From Asterias rubens (taxonomy: Eukaryota): a stretch of DNA of 64,000 bases. Numbering within the stretch: position 1 is the stretch's first letter; each line of letters starts with the position of its first letter. The notes under the pieces were generated by a model, which saw only the letters and a program-made list of their open reading frames with translations, was not told the DNA's origin and searched no databases. The position numbers and the translations under genes are program-made. This document shows, piece by piece, positions 39,596 through 52,472 of this stretch. The stretch lies in the NCBI RefSeq assembly GCF_902459465.1, contig NC_047063.1:930001-994000 (forward strand). Reading direction: 5' to 3'.

Positions 39596-40090
39596 TCATA
39601 AATACCCCAGACAGTTTCTTTACTCCTATTTGTGGAGAGCGTGTCACGTGGGTGTGCATAAACCTTTTGTTAATGCACACTAAAGCTCTGTTTATAACAA
39701 GCTGGCTTCCGCGTGTCGGGCACGAAAGATTATCACGCGGAACGCAATTCATAGCTATCAGCGCGTAATCTAAGCGCCCGCGCGTACACACAACCCATGC
39801 GCCTCGAACAGATTCTTCACAAAGTTTTGGCAAAAATATTTCAAACCTTGAATTTTCAATTGTTAAAGTGTCTATAACTGTATTTGTTAACGTTTTTTAA
39901 CAAAAGGGCATTTATGAATGGGAATAAAACAGTAGTGACTCATTCTTAAACGTCCGTTTAAAACCTTGCAGGGTCATTGCCATGTGATAAAGGCCCTCGC
40001 CTTCAGCTCGGGCCTTTATCACACAGCCGCCGACCCTGCTGGCTTTAAACGTACGTTGAAGAACTCGTCACTACCACTTTATTCCCTTAA
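39596..40090 (+). repeat. Interspersed repeat family (~490 bp)
   Basis: Closely similar copy at 54725-55208; fragments at ~41956-42050, ~49977-50151 and ~4075-4130. Confidence 0.75.
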
Positions 40091-40425
40091 CCTGTGATGG
40101 CTCTGTGGCCAAATATGGCCTGTTGTTTGGACTCAAATTCTGGATTCTTGTGACAAACTCTTTGCTTGTATCATCAAAGGCACAATCCCACCTACTTGCC
40201 CTACAATCGTAGTAAGATATTTAATTTTGTATTTTTGCATAAATGATGTTGTCTAAAGGTTCTATTTAAAAAAAAAAAAAAAGGTTAGGGGGAAAAAATA
40301 AACAAATATTGAGATTTACTTGTAGAGGTTTTTACAGGGCAGGAAAATTTAAGATGTTAATGTACCCCCACCCCCTCTGCTCTCATGTGCCACTTTCAAT
40401 TTAATTCAATTCAGAGACATTTCAA

Positions 40426-41942
40426 CCTATATTTTTTCTAACTAATCTGTAATGACCCAATAGTTAAATGTGGCCCGAACTCAAAATCTGGATTCTTGTG
40501 CCAAACTCTTGGCTTGTATCATCAAAGGCACACATCTACTTGCCCTACTTTTGTAATTAGACATTTGTTGTTTTATTTTGAGTAACTATTATGTAACATG
40601 TAGTTTCTATTTAAAATGATTGATTGGGGGAAACAAATTAAGAAGACAATTGTAGAGTAACAGGAGATGTGTTAGAGATGTACACGATAAACCTCCACCC
40701 CCTGCTATATCACTTGCCACTTAAGTCTCTGTGTTATGTTATGTGAATTACTTAATGACCATACTAAATCAGCACATCAAAATGAGCACCAAACAAAATG
40801 CCTGACAAAAACATGAAACTGTTTTCATTAATAAAAAATAAAAAAAGTAACTTCTACAATTTAATGACGTAATTAGACCTAAAGGTTGATTGTATGACGC
40901 GTGTCTTGACCAAGAGGGTTAGTGGATTTACGCATCCCAAAACCAAAGAAACATTTTAGATTTATAGTAACAATGCAGTAAGTAATTTGTAATTATTGAT
41001 GCTTTTTGATTTTTCATTTAAAGCTTCCTGAGAGTATTTTTGTAAATGATTCAATGCTGTATAAATGCACTTTGGGTTTTTATTTTTGTACAAACTAATT
41101 TCCGTACAGTTTTCATTAATAAGGCCTATGGCTGTGGGCTGCAGCTACAGTGTGTTCAAGAATCCCTGTGAGTTTAGTGATACCAAATATACTACGCATG
41201 CCAAGGGCCTCTGAACAAGGGCCTCTCCAATCAAAACAATAAGCCAACAGTCATAACAAAATTGAACTATTTGCACCAATCAGAAACAATTAACTGTCAA
41301 AAGGAAAGCACTGTTTGCAAAGTATTAAACAAAAATGTTTACATCGAAGACAATATTTCATCAGAGTGTCTGTATAGATTTCAATAATAAATAAAGAAAA
41401 TAGACGTTAAAAAAATGGACTAAAAAAACAATCTCTTCATCTCAGGAGCCTGTTTTTTTTCCCCTTCTGAATGCAGGAATTGGAGAACAAATGCATTTGA
41501 ACATGAATCAAAATGAATGCAGTCTTCAAAACTTTGCTATAGTATAGTATCTAAATTATAAACCCTGCTTTTCAAGAATACAATTTATGCTGGTTGTGTC
41601 AATACCATGTTGGTTCCCTCTTGCAAAAATAAATAAAAACATTATTTTGTATTTCATTATCTATAAAATAGCTATCAGATAGTAAGTTTGACATTGATGT
41701 AACTAAAAATGCATATTGCGGGATGAAGTATTTAAAATGCAGACTGTTGTACTTGGTACATGTAGGAATGAGAAGCAATTGTTCAAAGGTATAAGGAATT
41801 CCCCTATGTTTAATAAAATAATTTTGCTTGTGAACAGCTGATGTTTTAAAAGTGAAAAGTCCTTGTAGTATTGTATTTCTCAGAGGTAAAACGGAGACAA
41901 AATCCACTGGCCAAAGTTGATTAAAGACACTGGACACTATTG
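40426..41942 (+). repeat. 1.5-kb near-identical segmental duplication, copy 2
   Basis: Matches 30245-31762. Confidence 0.92.
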
Positions 41943-42105
41943 GGTCAACAAAAACATGGGTGTGCATAAACCTTTTGTTAATGCACACTAAAGCTCTGTT
42001 TATAACAAGCTGGCTTCCGCGTGTCGGGCATGCAAGATTATCATGCGGAACACTGGTTTTAAAGCGCACTGTTTACACCAATCAAAAACAATAAGCCCCA
42101 ATCAT

Positions 42106-42350
42106 TGGGTGCGTTCGTTTAGCTTCCCTAGGTCGTCCCCGGTCTGCCCCGGTACGTTCGAATAGCTTTGACGGGGCTCACTCGGGTCAGCCCCCAGTGC
42201 CCTGCTTGTGGAATGGGTCACTTGGGGGTGACCTGAGGTGCATGCCGTCACCACGAGAGGGCGAGTGCGATCGTTCGATTAGCTCTTGTCAGGAGCTCAC
42301 CTGAGTGAGCACTGCAGGGTCAACCCAGGGAAGCTTATTGAACGCACCCA
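42106..42350. mobile_element. GC-rich MITE (possibly PIF/Harbinger-like)
   Basis: TIRs TGGGTGCGTTCGTTTAGCTTCCCT and GGGAAGCTTATTGAACGCACCCA; related partial copy at ~3071-3295. Superfamily assignment is tentative. Confidence 0.6.
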
Positions 42351-43276
42351 CTAGTGGGTCTTCTTCAAGTTATTTTCTCTTCTAAGAGTCATGTTATTTA
42401 ATAAGTAGTTAACAAATTGTGGAAAATTTTCAAATAGCTGAAATTAAAGGCCTTTGTTGGGTATTTTATCTTTCTTGAGAACAGTTGTTTTCACTTGCGC
42501 CCTTCCCTGGGCGGCCTCTGCTTGTCCTTAGAATGAAAATAAAGGTTTGTTTACCTCCATTGTTCAATCTAATTTTGTTTTCTTCACTGTAGTAATTGTG
42601 TGGAATAGGCCCTTAAAGGTAAAAAGTTTGCGCTTCTCTTGTAATTAGTGCAACATATTTTTGAAACCAATAAAGCAAGATTTCATTTAAGGAGGTCAAA
42701 CTCCAGCTTTTCTGTCTTCTGAGTAATGCATGTAAATAACAAATATAAAAATATAAAATTTAAATCTCAAAAAATTTATTTTCAGACAGAATAGATTTAG
42801 AAGTTTATCACTGGGTAAATTTAAATTGATCAGACTACTTATAATACATAGAATTGTAAATTTAAAATTAAATAAAAGCGTTTTGCTTTACCTTCAACTT
42901 GAAATGGCCTACAGCTTCTTGTTAATTTAATGAACTTCCTGCAAAATTTACCTTTATTATTATTATAAAACTAGCTGGGTGAGGGAGGGTAAATACACAT
43001 TGACTCCAGGGACCTATCACAAAGGAGGACAATATTAAGGTCCATGCTTGGGTAGTAAAGAACTTTAGTTGGAAAGTGTGTACAAAACCAATGAGGGTCT
43101 TTGCCAAAATGTTTGAGTACAAAAAAAGAGGGGCAATAAGAGGTCCCAGATTTCAGGTGTTTACGCACTTGCCTGAGTGTGTTTACGCACTTGCAGGAGT
43201 GGGTTAAGCTGACATAAGTTTTTGCGACCAGAGGTGGCCACAATTTGCCACTAGTAACTGGAAGCTGAGGTCCAGT

Positions 43277-43662
43277 TTAAAAACACTGGACACTATTGGT
43301 AATTGTTAAAGACCAGTCTTCTCACTCGATGTATCTCAGCATATGGATAAAATAACAAACTTGTGAAAATTTGAGATCAATCGGTTGTCGAAGTTGCGAC
43401 ATAATAATGAAAGAAAAAACACCCTTGTCACACAAAGTTGTGTGCTTTCAGATGCTTGATTTCAAGACCTCAAGATCTAAATATGAGGTCTCAAAATCAA
43501 GTTCGTCGAAAGTTACTTCTTTCTCAAAAACTACATTACTTCAGAGGGAGCCGTTTCTCACAATGTTTTATACTATCAACCTCTCCTCATTACTCGTGAC
43601 CAAGTAAGGTTTTATGCCAATAATTATTTTGAGTAATTACCAATAGTGTCCACTGCCTTTAA
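43277..43662 (+). mobile_element. TTAA-flanked MITE, same family
   Basis: Same TIRs and body as 31741-32071. Confidence 0.8.
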
Positions 43663-43968
43663 ATCTCATTTTTGGTTTTGTATACTAGTTAATTGATTTT
43701 ATCTCATATTTTGTATCACAAAGTATGCCATTCCCAAGCACATACAATTATCATCATCAAAAGGTACATTAAACTAAAATGATTGGCAGAATGAAAATCT
43801 TGCTTTTGAGATTGTCTTTAAAGTTTGAATACTTGGGACACCTACTTAGTCATCCCAGGAGATCGAGACTGCAGATGTTTACATTCATGTGTGAGTGTGC
43901 TAATATGTAGAGTGTAGTGAATGCCCACATGTCAATAGAAGGTCAAGCATTGTTTTCCTTTACGTAGA

Positions 43969-44283
43969 GGTAATTCCCCACAGATGAGAAATCTAATTTT
44001 GCAATAATTTTGTCTGGAGGTAGCGGTTGCTTCCCCCTAAAATGGGAAATCTGATTTCGCAATCATTTTTTTTGTATCTGTTCAAAAGGGAAACGTAAGG
44101 AGGTAAATCCCCAATACGTAGTGAGAAATGAGAAATTGTGAGCTTATATAGGCTATGTATACAACACAAAGGGCCATTTGGTGCAGCAGTCTGACGGAAC
44201 GGATCACTGCAATTGAAGCTGAGAGGAAGAAAGGTTCTGCTGCTTAGACTTTTGAGCTTTTACCATTAATGATTTATGTGAAG
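43969..44283 (+). promoter_or_regulatory. Paralogue C promoter and non-coding exon 1 (two kB-like and several C/EBP-like sites)
   Basis: GGTAATTCCCC 43969-43979, TGAGAAAT 43985, TTTTGCAAT 43997, ATTTCGCAAT 44054-44063, GGTAAATCCCC 44102-44112, TGAGAAATGAGAAAT 44122-44136, TATATA 44145-44150, donor AAG|GTAAGG at 44283. Confidence 0.6.
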
Positions 44284-45073
44284 GTAAGGTCTCTTTTGTG
44301 TTTAAATACATTTGTTTGTGTAGTGTTAAATGTTAGGTTCATAGATTGTATTTTTGTCAATGTATTGCTGATTTAAATTATACGCAAATACAGCTTAAGT
44401 CACATGTGAAAGGTTTCAGCAGTGTTTTTGCTTGCTGATAAAAGAGCAAAATAAATGGTATTTATGAACAACTCAAGTCCCTTCACGTTTAGCGAGGTGA
44501 CAGCAGGTACCAACCTCATATTTGACTGCGTCATTCATGAACACCAACCCTCAGAAATCTGAGGTCTCAGTTTCAGATGTTTTGGGTGAAAAAAAATCCC
44601 AACCATATTACTTCGAGGGGAATCTATTCACAATTAATAGTTTGTACAAACATGATAACACTTATTTTGTTAAGAGTGTCATCAATGTATGACCAAGTAC
44701 CTTTCAAGAGTAAAATTAGCTACAATTCTCATTTGTACCATGTTGCCTTTCCATGGCAGTTTTTTGCAACTAAATGTTGTGTAGTTTAAGACAGATATTT
44801 TATGTGATATGGAGCGTTCATGTTGTTGTTAGTATTTTTTTTTTTTTTTAACATATCAAGAAAGCTGCCTAGCAATTGCTCAAAACATGCCTGTCAACAA
44901 TAGACCTTTTGGCTTCTAGCCGGTATGTGAACAAGATAAGGTAAAACAAGAAGGAGGGGAGAAAATTAAACCCTTGCAAAACATGGTTTTCAATCTAATA
45001 AACAAAAAATAAAGGTTGGTTACAATACGTGTGAGAAAAGGGAATATTTATAGACCTCTTGCATAGGTCACTA

Positions 45074-45517
45074 CACTGGGGTCAAACAATGGAACTAAGC
45101 ACCATTTGCACAATGCACATCTCTCAGCCAATGATAGGTCTTCATTTGACCCATGCACAACTCCAATCCAATGATAGGTCTTCATTTAACCCAAGCACAG
45201 CTCCCATCCAATGATAGGTCTTCATTTGACCCAAGCACAACTCCCATCCAATGATAGGTCTTCATTTGACCCATGCACAACTCCCATCCCATGATATGTC
45301 TTCATTTGACCCATGCACAACTCCCATCCAATGATAGGTCTTCATTTGACCCATGCACAACTCCCATCCAATGATAGGTCTTCATTTGACCCAAGCGCAA
45401 CTCCCATCCAATGATAGGTCTTCATTTGACCCAAGCACAACTCTCAGCCAATGATAGGTCTTCATTTAACCCATGCACAACTCCCATCCAATAATAGGTC
45501 TTCATTTGACCCCAGTG
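45074..45517. repeat. 40-bp minisatellite (10 units) bounded by 13-bp inverted repeats
   Basis: Unit CCAATGATAGGTCTTCATTTGACCCATGCACAACTCCCAT from ~45128. CACTGGGGTCAAA at 45074-45086 and TTTGACCCCAGTG at 45505-45517. Confidence 0.85.
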
Positions 45518-45939
45518 AGGACACCTTTTAAACTTGTGATGTCCTCAAGGCTCCATTAATTACTATTTTTAAAATAAACAATTCTGTAATATTCCTTTAA
45601 TTTCAGCCAACAAACTTAAATGCTTAATAATGCAACAACACAGAGACTCACAATCACCACTGCAACCAGCCAGCTGTTTCTTGTAAGCAAGATAGTCTTA
45701 GCTTAGCAAATTTCTCCACAAAAGCTTAGGAATTTATGTCTGGATCAAGTTTCACATTCATTGATGTGTTCATGATTTAAAAAATGTATCTTCCCTCTAA
45801 AACTATATTTTCTCTGTCTTTTATCACAGGTTGATGGTTCTTCTAATCTAAAGGCGGAGCAGATCTTCTAAACTTTGGTGAACTCTACTAACTTTGCAAT
45901 CAGAGGAACTGCTATTCTCGACCAGTTTGTCTACCTGCC

Positions 45940-47060
45940 ATGGCCAAAATGAGGTGTGAACACTTGTTTGATGTCATAGACTATAATGTCCTAGGAGCTG
46001 CCCTGGTTTTCAGCTTGAGTGCCCTGTTGCACTCAAATAGCATCAGTAAACTATTCTTTGGTATTGTGGTTTCCGTTGGATCGCTGATTGATGTCACTTT
46101 CGTCTTAACAAGCTGTACAAAACCAGACTCCAAAGGAATCAACTGTTTCTCTCGTCTCTTCAGTGTCGACATTATCTTCATCCAGATATGGTGTAGCTGT
46201 GTTCTTGGTCTGATGTCTTGTGTAGATATCAGTGGCATCCAGAATGATTTTATAACTGCAATAACATGGATGCTGGTTGCAAGCATTGGCGTCAAAGCCA
46301 TCTGGTCATTTATGCAGCGATGTCTTGGGTTGATCAAATACTCCACTAGACCAATTTTGATGGTCGAACTATTAGAGCTTGTTGGGTTCTTAGTGCCAGG
46401 TTTAATTCTTTTGCCCGAGGATCATGCATTTTTGTCAAAATATGCTTTATTCTTGATTTTGTTTTTTTTTGGGTTTCACTGTTGTGGCGTTCAGACTTAT
46501 AACTCTCTCATACAACGGTATTCCCATTTTCATATTGATTGTAATAACTGTTTGTTGTCAAGTCGGCCTATATATCTATTTCAACAGTAGTTTTGGTGTA
46601 CATAATGCTGCGTTATGCTGTTTTACTTATCGTCTACTGATCGACCCAGTCTTTGATTTACTGTTCAGAAAACCATCCAGAGAATCTCCATCGAAGATTG
46701 TGATCAACCAATAACTCCATTCACCATAACAAATGGTATTGGACCATCCTCTTTGTTTTCTTGCCTTTGTGTATATTTTTTACCTGCATTCATATTTAAC
46801 TCATTTGCTGGGGATTGTACAACAAAATCTTAGAGTACAAGGAAACCTGACAGGCTGTGGTAGAGGACAATGGACAAGATAATGGCAAAAGGGGGATGTG
46901 GCAAACTGTTTTGGCAGTGATGAATGTAAAGTGTTGCAGCATCACATGAACTCCAGAAACCCCTGAGAAGAGTCTGCAATTTTATCCGAGATTCGAAAGA
47001 GATTAACTTCTCAAATGAAAACAGTATCAATTGAAAGAAAAGAGGGGAGAAAATTAAGAC
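45940..47060 (+). pseudogene. TMEM168-like pseudogene (paralogue C)
   Basis: Acceptor at 45830 and ATG at 45940. TMEM168-like TM segments (IQIWCSCVLGLMSCVDISGIQND...ELLELVGF), frameshift in the T run near 46460-46470, homology continuing in another frame (NAALCCFTYRLLIDPVFDLLF), then stops and deletions. Exon-4-like sequence (GAAAACAGTATCAATT at 47017) follows exon-2-like sequence directly. Confidence 0.82.
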
Positions 47061-47381
47061 AAATTCTTGTTTATTTCCGCTTGCCTGCGATGAGTATACG
47101 AACAACGTTTCAAGAAGTACTAATAACTTTTTTTTAAAGCAATCACTATGCTGTGTATGCCATGTCTAGTGTCTATTAAATAAATTAAAACCGAGAGCCC
47201 AACATTATCACATGTCAATCAGCCATGTACAAACAATTTTGCATGTAAGATGTATTTTGTTTAGCAAAAGTCTTTGTATGATTTTCACTTTGAAACAGGA
47301 TCTGTCAAAATCAATTCAGATTCAGAGAAAAGAAATTATCCAAAAACAAATATATTTGGTTGAAAATCGGTCATTGCTACT

Positions 47382-47765
47382 TTAAAGGAACGTTACAGAT
47401 TGGTTTTTGCTAACAAACAAGTTGCTGGCAGTGTAAGCACTTTACGTAATCCACCATATACATAAACTGACAAACCTGTAGAAGTTTGAGATCGATTGGC
47501 CATCTGGGTCACAAGATAATAGAGAAAAATCGATTACAAATTTTGCATTGCATCGATGCCAAAATAAAAATGAATAAAACGCTCACTGAGCGATAAACTC
47601 CAAACGCGAAGTTAGATTATTTATTTATAATCAAATATGACATTTCAGACAGAAATATTTCAAGGGATGTTTTCAACTATCATCATCATTAGACCGTGTA
47701 AGTTTCATGTAAATCTGTGTTCTTCATGATTTGTTTTGTCTACCAATTCTGTAATGTTCCTTTAA
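47382..47765. mobile_element. TTAA-flanked MITE (different family)
   Basis: TTAAAGGAACGTTACAGATTGGT ... ACCAATTCTGTAATGTTCCTTTAA. Confidence 0.75.
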
Positions 47766-48828
47766 CTGGCTTTGTTGTTAAACCTTATAAAAGAAACTGA
47801 GGAACCATAAAAGATGTTGATAGAACAAAAGTTGGCTAACATGTACCTCAATATAACCTTTATATTTATTTTTGTTTGAATGTTTTTCCGCCTTTGTAAG
47901 TAATGTTTTGTACAAAGTAGGCCCATGTATAAAGACTGACATTGATCAGAAAGATCATATTTCGTTCTTTCTTAGTTTAACAGGAACTCTCAATTATTTA
48001 GAATAACTAAATACCAGTACTACTGTCTAGTGATGTAATTTTAAGCCATGAAGGCATAACTTATTGTAAACAAAAAAAATGTTACTGAGGTTTAAGCTTA
48101 TACTCCCTGAATCAAAGTGAACACATTAAAAACATACTTTGCAGCTGACTCCAAATATGACCTTATATTTTCCTAAATTTGTGGTCTGCTTTTTTTGTTA
48201 AAAACTAGAAGTTTAGAACAAATACATTGTTCTCCAAACTTTTTAAGAATTGTATGCACATGTAGGCCTAAATGTTCCAGCCATGTCAATATAACTCCCT
48301 CTCCCCCCCCCCCACAAAAAAAAAAAAAGTATATTGGCCTATCTTTGTCCAGATATGCCTAAATTTTGTAACTATTTATTTGTAAATATGCTTTTTATCA
48401 TGTTTTCACCTTTCTATTGTAAATACCCAAAATACCCAAAGTATCTAAGCTATTTTAAAAAAATGTATCCATTTTGGTAGCTTTGAGTATTAAGTAATCA
48501 GTAATTCATATGGATTCTCAAGTAACTTGTTTGAATATATTATGTTTAGGGTTTTTCAGGGAAGAGTCTTTCAAAATAAATGAGGGATTAGCACGAGAAA
48601 AACCGTTTATCAATGTGTATGTCCTTTTCATTTCTTGATACACTTGTCTTTTTTTTTAAACAAATATACCTTCAAAATTAAAACAAACTTAGTTTTTGTT
48701 TTTGTCTTTGTGGGTTTTGAGAGGGATAAGTGGGCCACCAGGAGTGTTTGCTCTAGTAAATATTGTAACATTTCCTTCAAGTCGATATAACAAGATTTCA
48801 ACTAAATGTTCTGCAGTCCCACTACTTA

Positions 48829-49161
48829 GGGGTGTGTTTTGGCGACCAAGACCGAAACAGTTTCCAAGAGCTGCGCAAAAAACAAATCAGTTACCCGAAA
48901 AAGTTCACAATTTTAAAGGTACATCTCTGGAAAATTTGTGGCCTGAAATCTATTCATTCTATCTTGAAGTGATGGAACTTATTTTCTTTTCAAAATAATT
49001 CTATTGATGTTTTTCGCTATTTTTTTTATCTGCCATCTTAAAACTAAGCCTAACCGAGCGAAAAAGTTTTTGGTTTGGTCAAAACAGCCGCAACATCCAA
49101 ACGCTCAACCATTGACCAAAGATCATATGTGTTTCTGGTTGGGGTCGCCAAAACGCACCCC
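48829..49161. mobile_element. Inverted-repeat-bounded element
   Basis: GGGGTGTGTTTTGGCGACC ... GGTCGCCAAAACGCACCCC. Confidence 0.55.
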
Positions 49162-50952
49162 AGAGTATCTCATTCAAATTTTAACAAGGTAAATATATAT
49201 TAATATTTTCAATAACTTTGAGAAGATAACACTGTACTTTTACAGAAACCAATGTTTCAACAAATAAAGAGATCTTTGCTTAGAAGTTATTAAAAATGAT
49301 TAGATCAATGAATACAAACAAACTAATCAAACCTTTAAAATGCAATTAGTTTACAAACAAAATCAGTTTGAATTTAACTTAACTGTAATTTAGAAATATA
49401 ATATATTATGAAAGCTTTATTTTTAATTTATCTTAAAAAATTTCTGGTTTTAGGGCAGATATTTGAATGGTGACGTCGTGTTCAATATGGTCTATTCTGC
49501 CACCCAATCTTTCTTCAGACCAGGGATTAGAGTACTTTTAATCCAACAGATCCAATTATCATTACGAATGATTGTGTACCTATTTGACACCCATCTAGAA
49601 ATACCGTAATTTCCTGCAGATAAGACACTCGGCGAACAAGACACGGGACCCCAAATCATGGGAAAAAATATTTAACGTCCAACGTATAAGGTGCACCGCC
49701 AGACATGATGCAACATGACAACTAATGCTCGCTTGCTGTATCACAATTTTGTATTACTTTAGTATGATCCCATTCATAATAATGCACTGCAATTTTGTTA
49801 TCACGATGATAAAGAAACATCGCTTCTACTTTGTTACGTTTTTTCAACTTTGTTTTAATTTTGTAACATTTATTTTTAATATTACTAGCGGGCAGCAGCA
49901 TGGCAGTGATAGCTCTTTGGTCTAATCGTTTGTCAAAGCTTAATTATCCTGGAAGAAATAAAGGTATTATTTTACATTCATAAATACCTCAGACAGTTTT
50001 GCTATTCCTATTGGTGGAGAATGCATCACGTGGGGGTGTTTAAACGGTTGATAATAACCAGCCTGAACTGTTCATAACCAGGGTTTTTTACGCTGTCGGT
50101 GAGTTGGCCGCGCTGCTGTTTAAGAACTCATCACTACCCTTTTATTCCCTTAGTATAAATGAACTCAATCTTTATCAGACCAGGGGTTTCGAGAGACAAG
50201 ATGCAGTGATTTTTGTTTACCTTTGAGAGTCAGATTACCTTTGAGAGTCGGATAAGTCGCGTCTTATCCGCATGCAATTACGGCATGTAAATTTCCAGAA
50301 GATTGCAGGGCTTGGAGCTCATAAAGTTCACTGGTGTAGAATATATTTAACAAGACCAGAGTCATAATGAGTCACACCTTTCTACAAAGCTCAATATCTA
50401 ACTGTTTTCCTTTAGATACTCAATTGAATGGAAAAAAAATATTTAAAAGACTTCCTCCAAGTCAAAACTTGAACATCATGCATGTTGTTTTACATACACA
50501 GTGAGGTACTATCATTCAAACGAGGAGAAAAAAAAGGGGAAAAAAAATCTCAAACATTGTTCGGTCACAAGTTTACTGAATTTAATCCGAATGCTAAAAT
50601 AAATGGCCTCGGGCCTGTGGCCTGTTTAAAAATATGCGTTGCTATCCTTTGGTAACTCTGAAGGGATCTCAACGACGCCATGTAGAGTCAATGCTCTGCT
50701 TCCCTTTTTTGCCTGAAGGTGATGGAGTCTTCTTGCTCGGTCTGCTTACTCCAACAGAATTCGTACTAGCCTTAAAACGAATAAATGAAACAAACTTGGG
50801 TGGAACACAAACTCACCACTGTCCCTAACAACAATTTGTTAATGTCACACCTCTTCGAGGACCACAAACCTCACTAGGTTGCATATTATATCAAAATACA
50901 CAAAGTTTCAAACTCTGGCGTTACCACAAAGCCCATGTGACTGTATCTTTAC

Positions 50953-51436
50953 CATGCCAAGTTTCAAATCATAATCATGTACATGTCATTACTGCGTCAT
51001 TACTGCGAACCATACTAGATTGTATCTCCACCATGCAAAGTTCCAAATCCTACTCATGTACATGGTGTCACTGTAAACCATACAAAATTGCATCTCCACC
51101 ATGCAACGTTTCAAGTCCTACTTATGTACATGGTGTCACTGCGAACCATACTAGATTGTATCTCCACCATGCAAAGTTCCAAATCCTACTCATGTACATG
51201 GTGTTACTGCAAACCTTAGGTGCCTTGTCAACACCTCCAAGCCGTTCCATTCCGCGTGCATTCTGCAGAAGTCCACAAATTGTACATGGTGTCACTGTAA
51301 ACCATACAAAATTGCATCTCCACCATGCAACGTTTCAAATCCTACTCATGTACATGGTGTTACTGCAAACCTTAGGTGCCTTGTCAACACCTCCAAGCCG
51401 TTCCATTCCGCGTGCATTCTGCAGAAGTCCACAAAT
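50953..51436. repeat. Higher-order tandem repeat (~68-bp units plus a repeated ~70-bp block)
   Basis: Repeated CATGTACATGGTGTCACTG...CTCCACCATGCAA...TCAAATCCTACT, and a duplicated CCTTAGGTGCCTTGTCAACACC...GAAGTCCACAAATT block. Confidence 0.85.
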
Positions 51437-52385
51437 TTTTGTAACAAAACAGATCCACGGCCAGGTCGGCTCATTTACTTGTCAATAAACATGAATATTC
51501 CGGCGGCTCCGCAAAGCGACTGGTCGGCTATTACGAGGACAAGTTTATTTAAACATCCATAGCATGATTACCAAAGCGGCTCTGCGGACTTGCTGACCAG
51601 CGGAACCGCTGAGTAACGCAGGTGGTGAACAATGGCTTTACTTCTGTAGAGCAAAATGCGAAGTGAGGGTGGATGTGTTACTAAAAGCCATTTTTTCAAT
51701 GTGTGATTTTTAAGACTGGTCATCACATGACCTGTCTAGCTGGATGTTTAAGCTGATCTGACTCTGTTCTGTATACATGCACATAAATTGTAACTATGTT
51801 AAGCCATGGGTCCTAGCTCCTAGCATGGTTCAGCTAGCTCTATAGCAATTTAAAACATCATTTCTCTGTGATTACAATAATCACGCCGTGTTTCATAGTG
51901 TCTCGCCAACAAACTTGACTTCCTAAACAATGAATCGTAGCCTACTCCCATTACCATGCATCGATCACATTATCAATGACCCATCCACAGTGTATTGTGC
52001 AAAAAGACCGCTAACTGCAGTTCATCCTAAATAAAATTAAAAAACACCAAATGCTTATGGCCAATGTGTAACGTGTTATCCATTGTGTACATGCACAAAT
52101 GTTTTAGTTCGGCCTCTGGCTGAGAAAACCGTCTTTTTTTTAACTGTGAATAAACCATTTCAAATCAAATCAAATCAGAAAATTGAAATGCAGCAACAAC
52201 AACAAAAGCGCAAAATTGATACAATATTAAACTTGCATGAATTTGAGTGGCAAATATTTGACATCAAGTAAAACTTGACTTTTTTAAATTTTTAGTAAGC
52301 AATTTATTTGGTGATGATTACTCATAAAGTGGTGAACGTTATGCTTTTCAAAAATACAAGCCAGTTCTGTACCTCTTGAATGCCT

Positions 52386-52472
52386 GTTGGTCTGATGTCT
52401 TTTTTAGATATCAGTGGCATCCAGAATGATTTTACAACTGCAATAATAACAGGGATGCTTCTTGCAAGCATT
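52386..52472 (+). pseudogene. Short TMEM168-like relic
   Basis: GGTCTGATGTCTTTTTTAGATATCAGTGGCATCCAGAATGATTTTACAACTGCAATAATAACAGGGATGCTTCTTGCAAGCATTGG closely matches 46207-46290 of paralogue C. Confidence 0.75.

Noticed and set aside
45128-45517. Regular 40-bp array as a CRISPR
   Set aside because: Units are contiguous with no unique spacers, and the context is eukaryotic.
50937-51488. 183-aa ORF
   Set aside because: Arises from a tandem repeat, with a non-ATG start and no recognisable domain.
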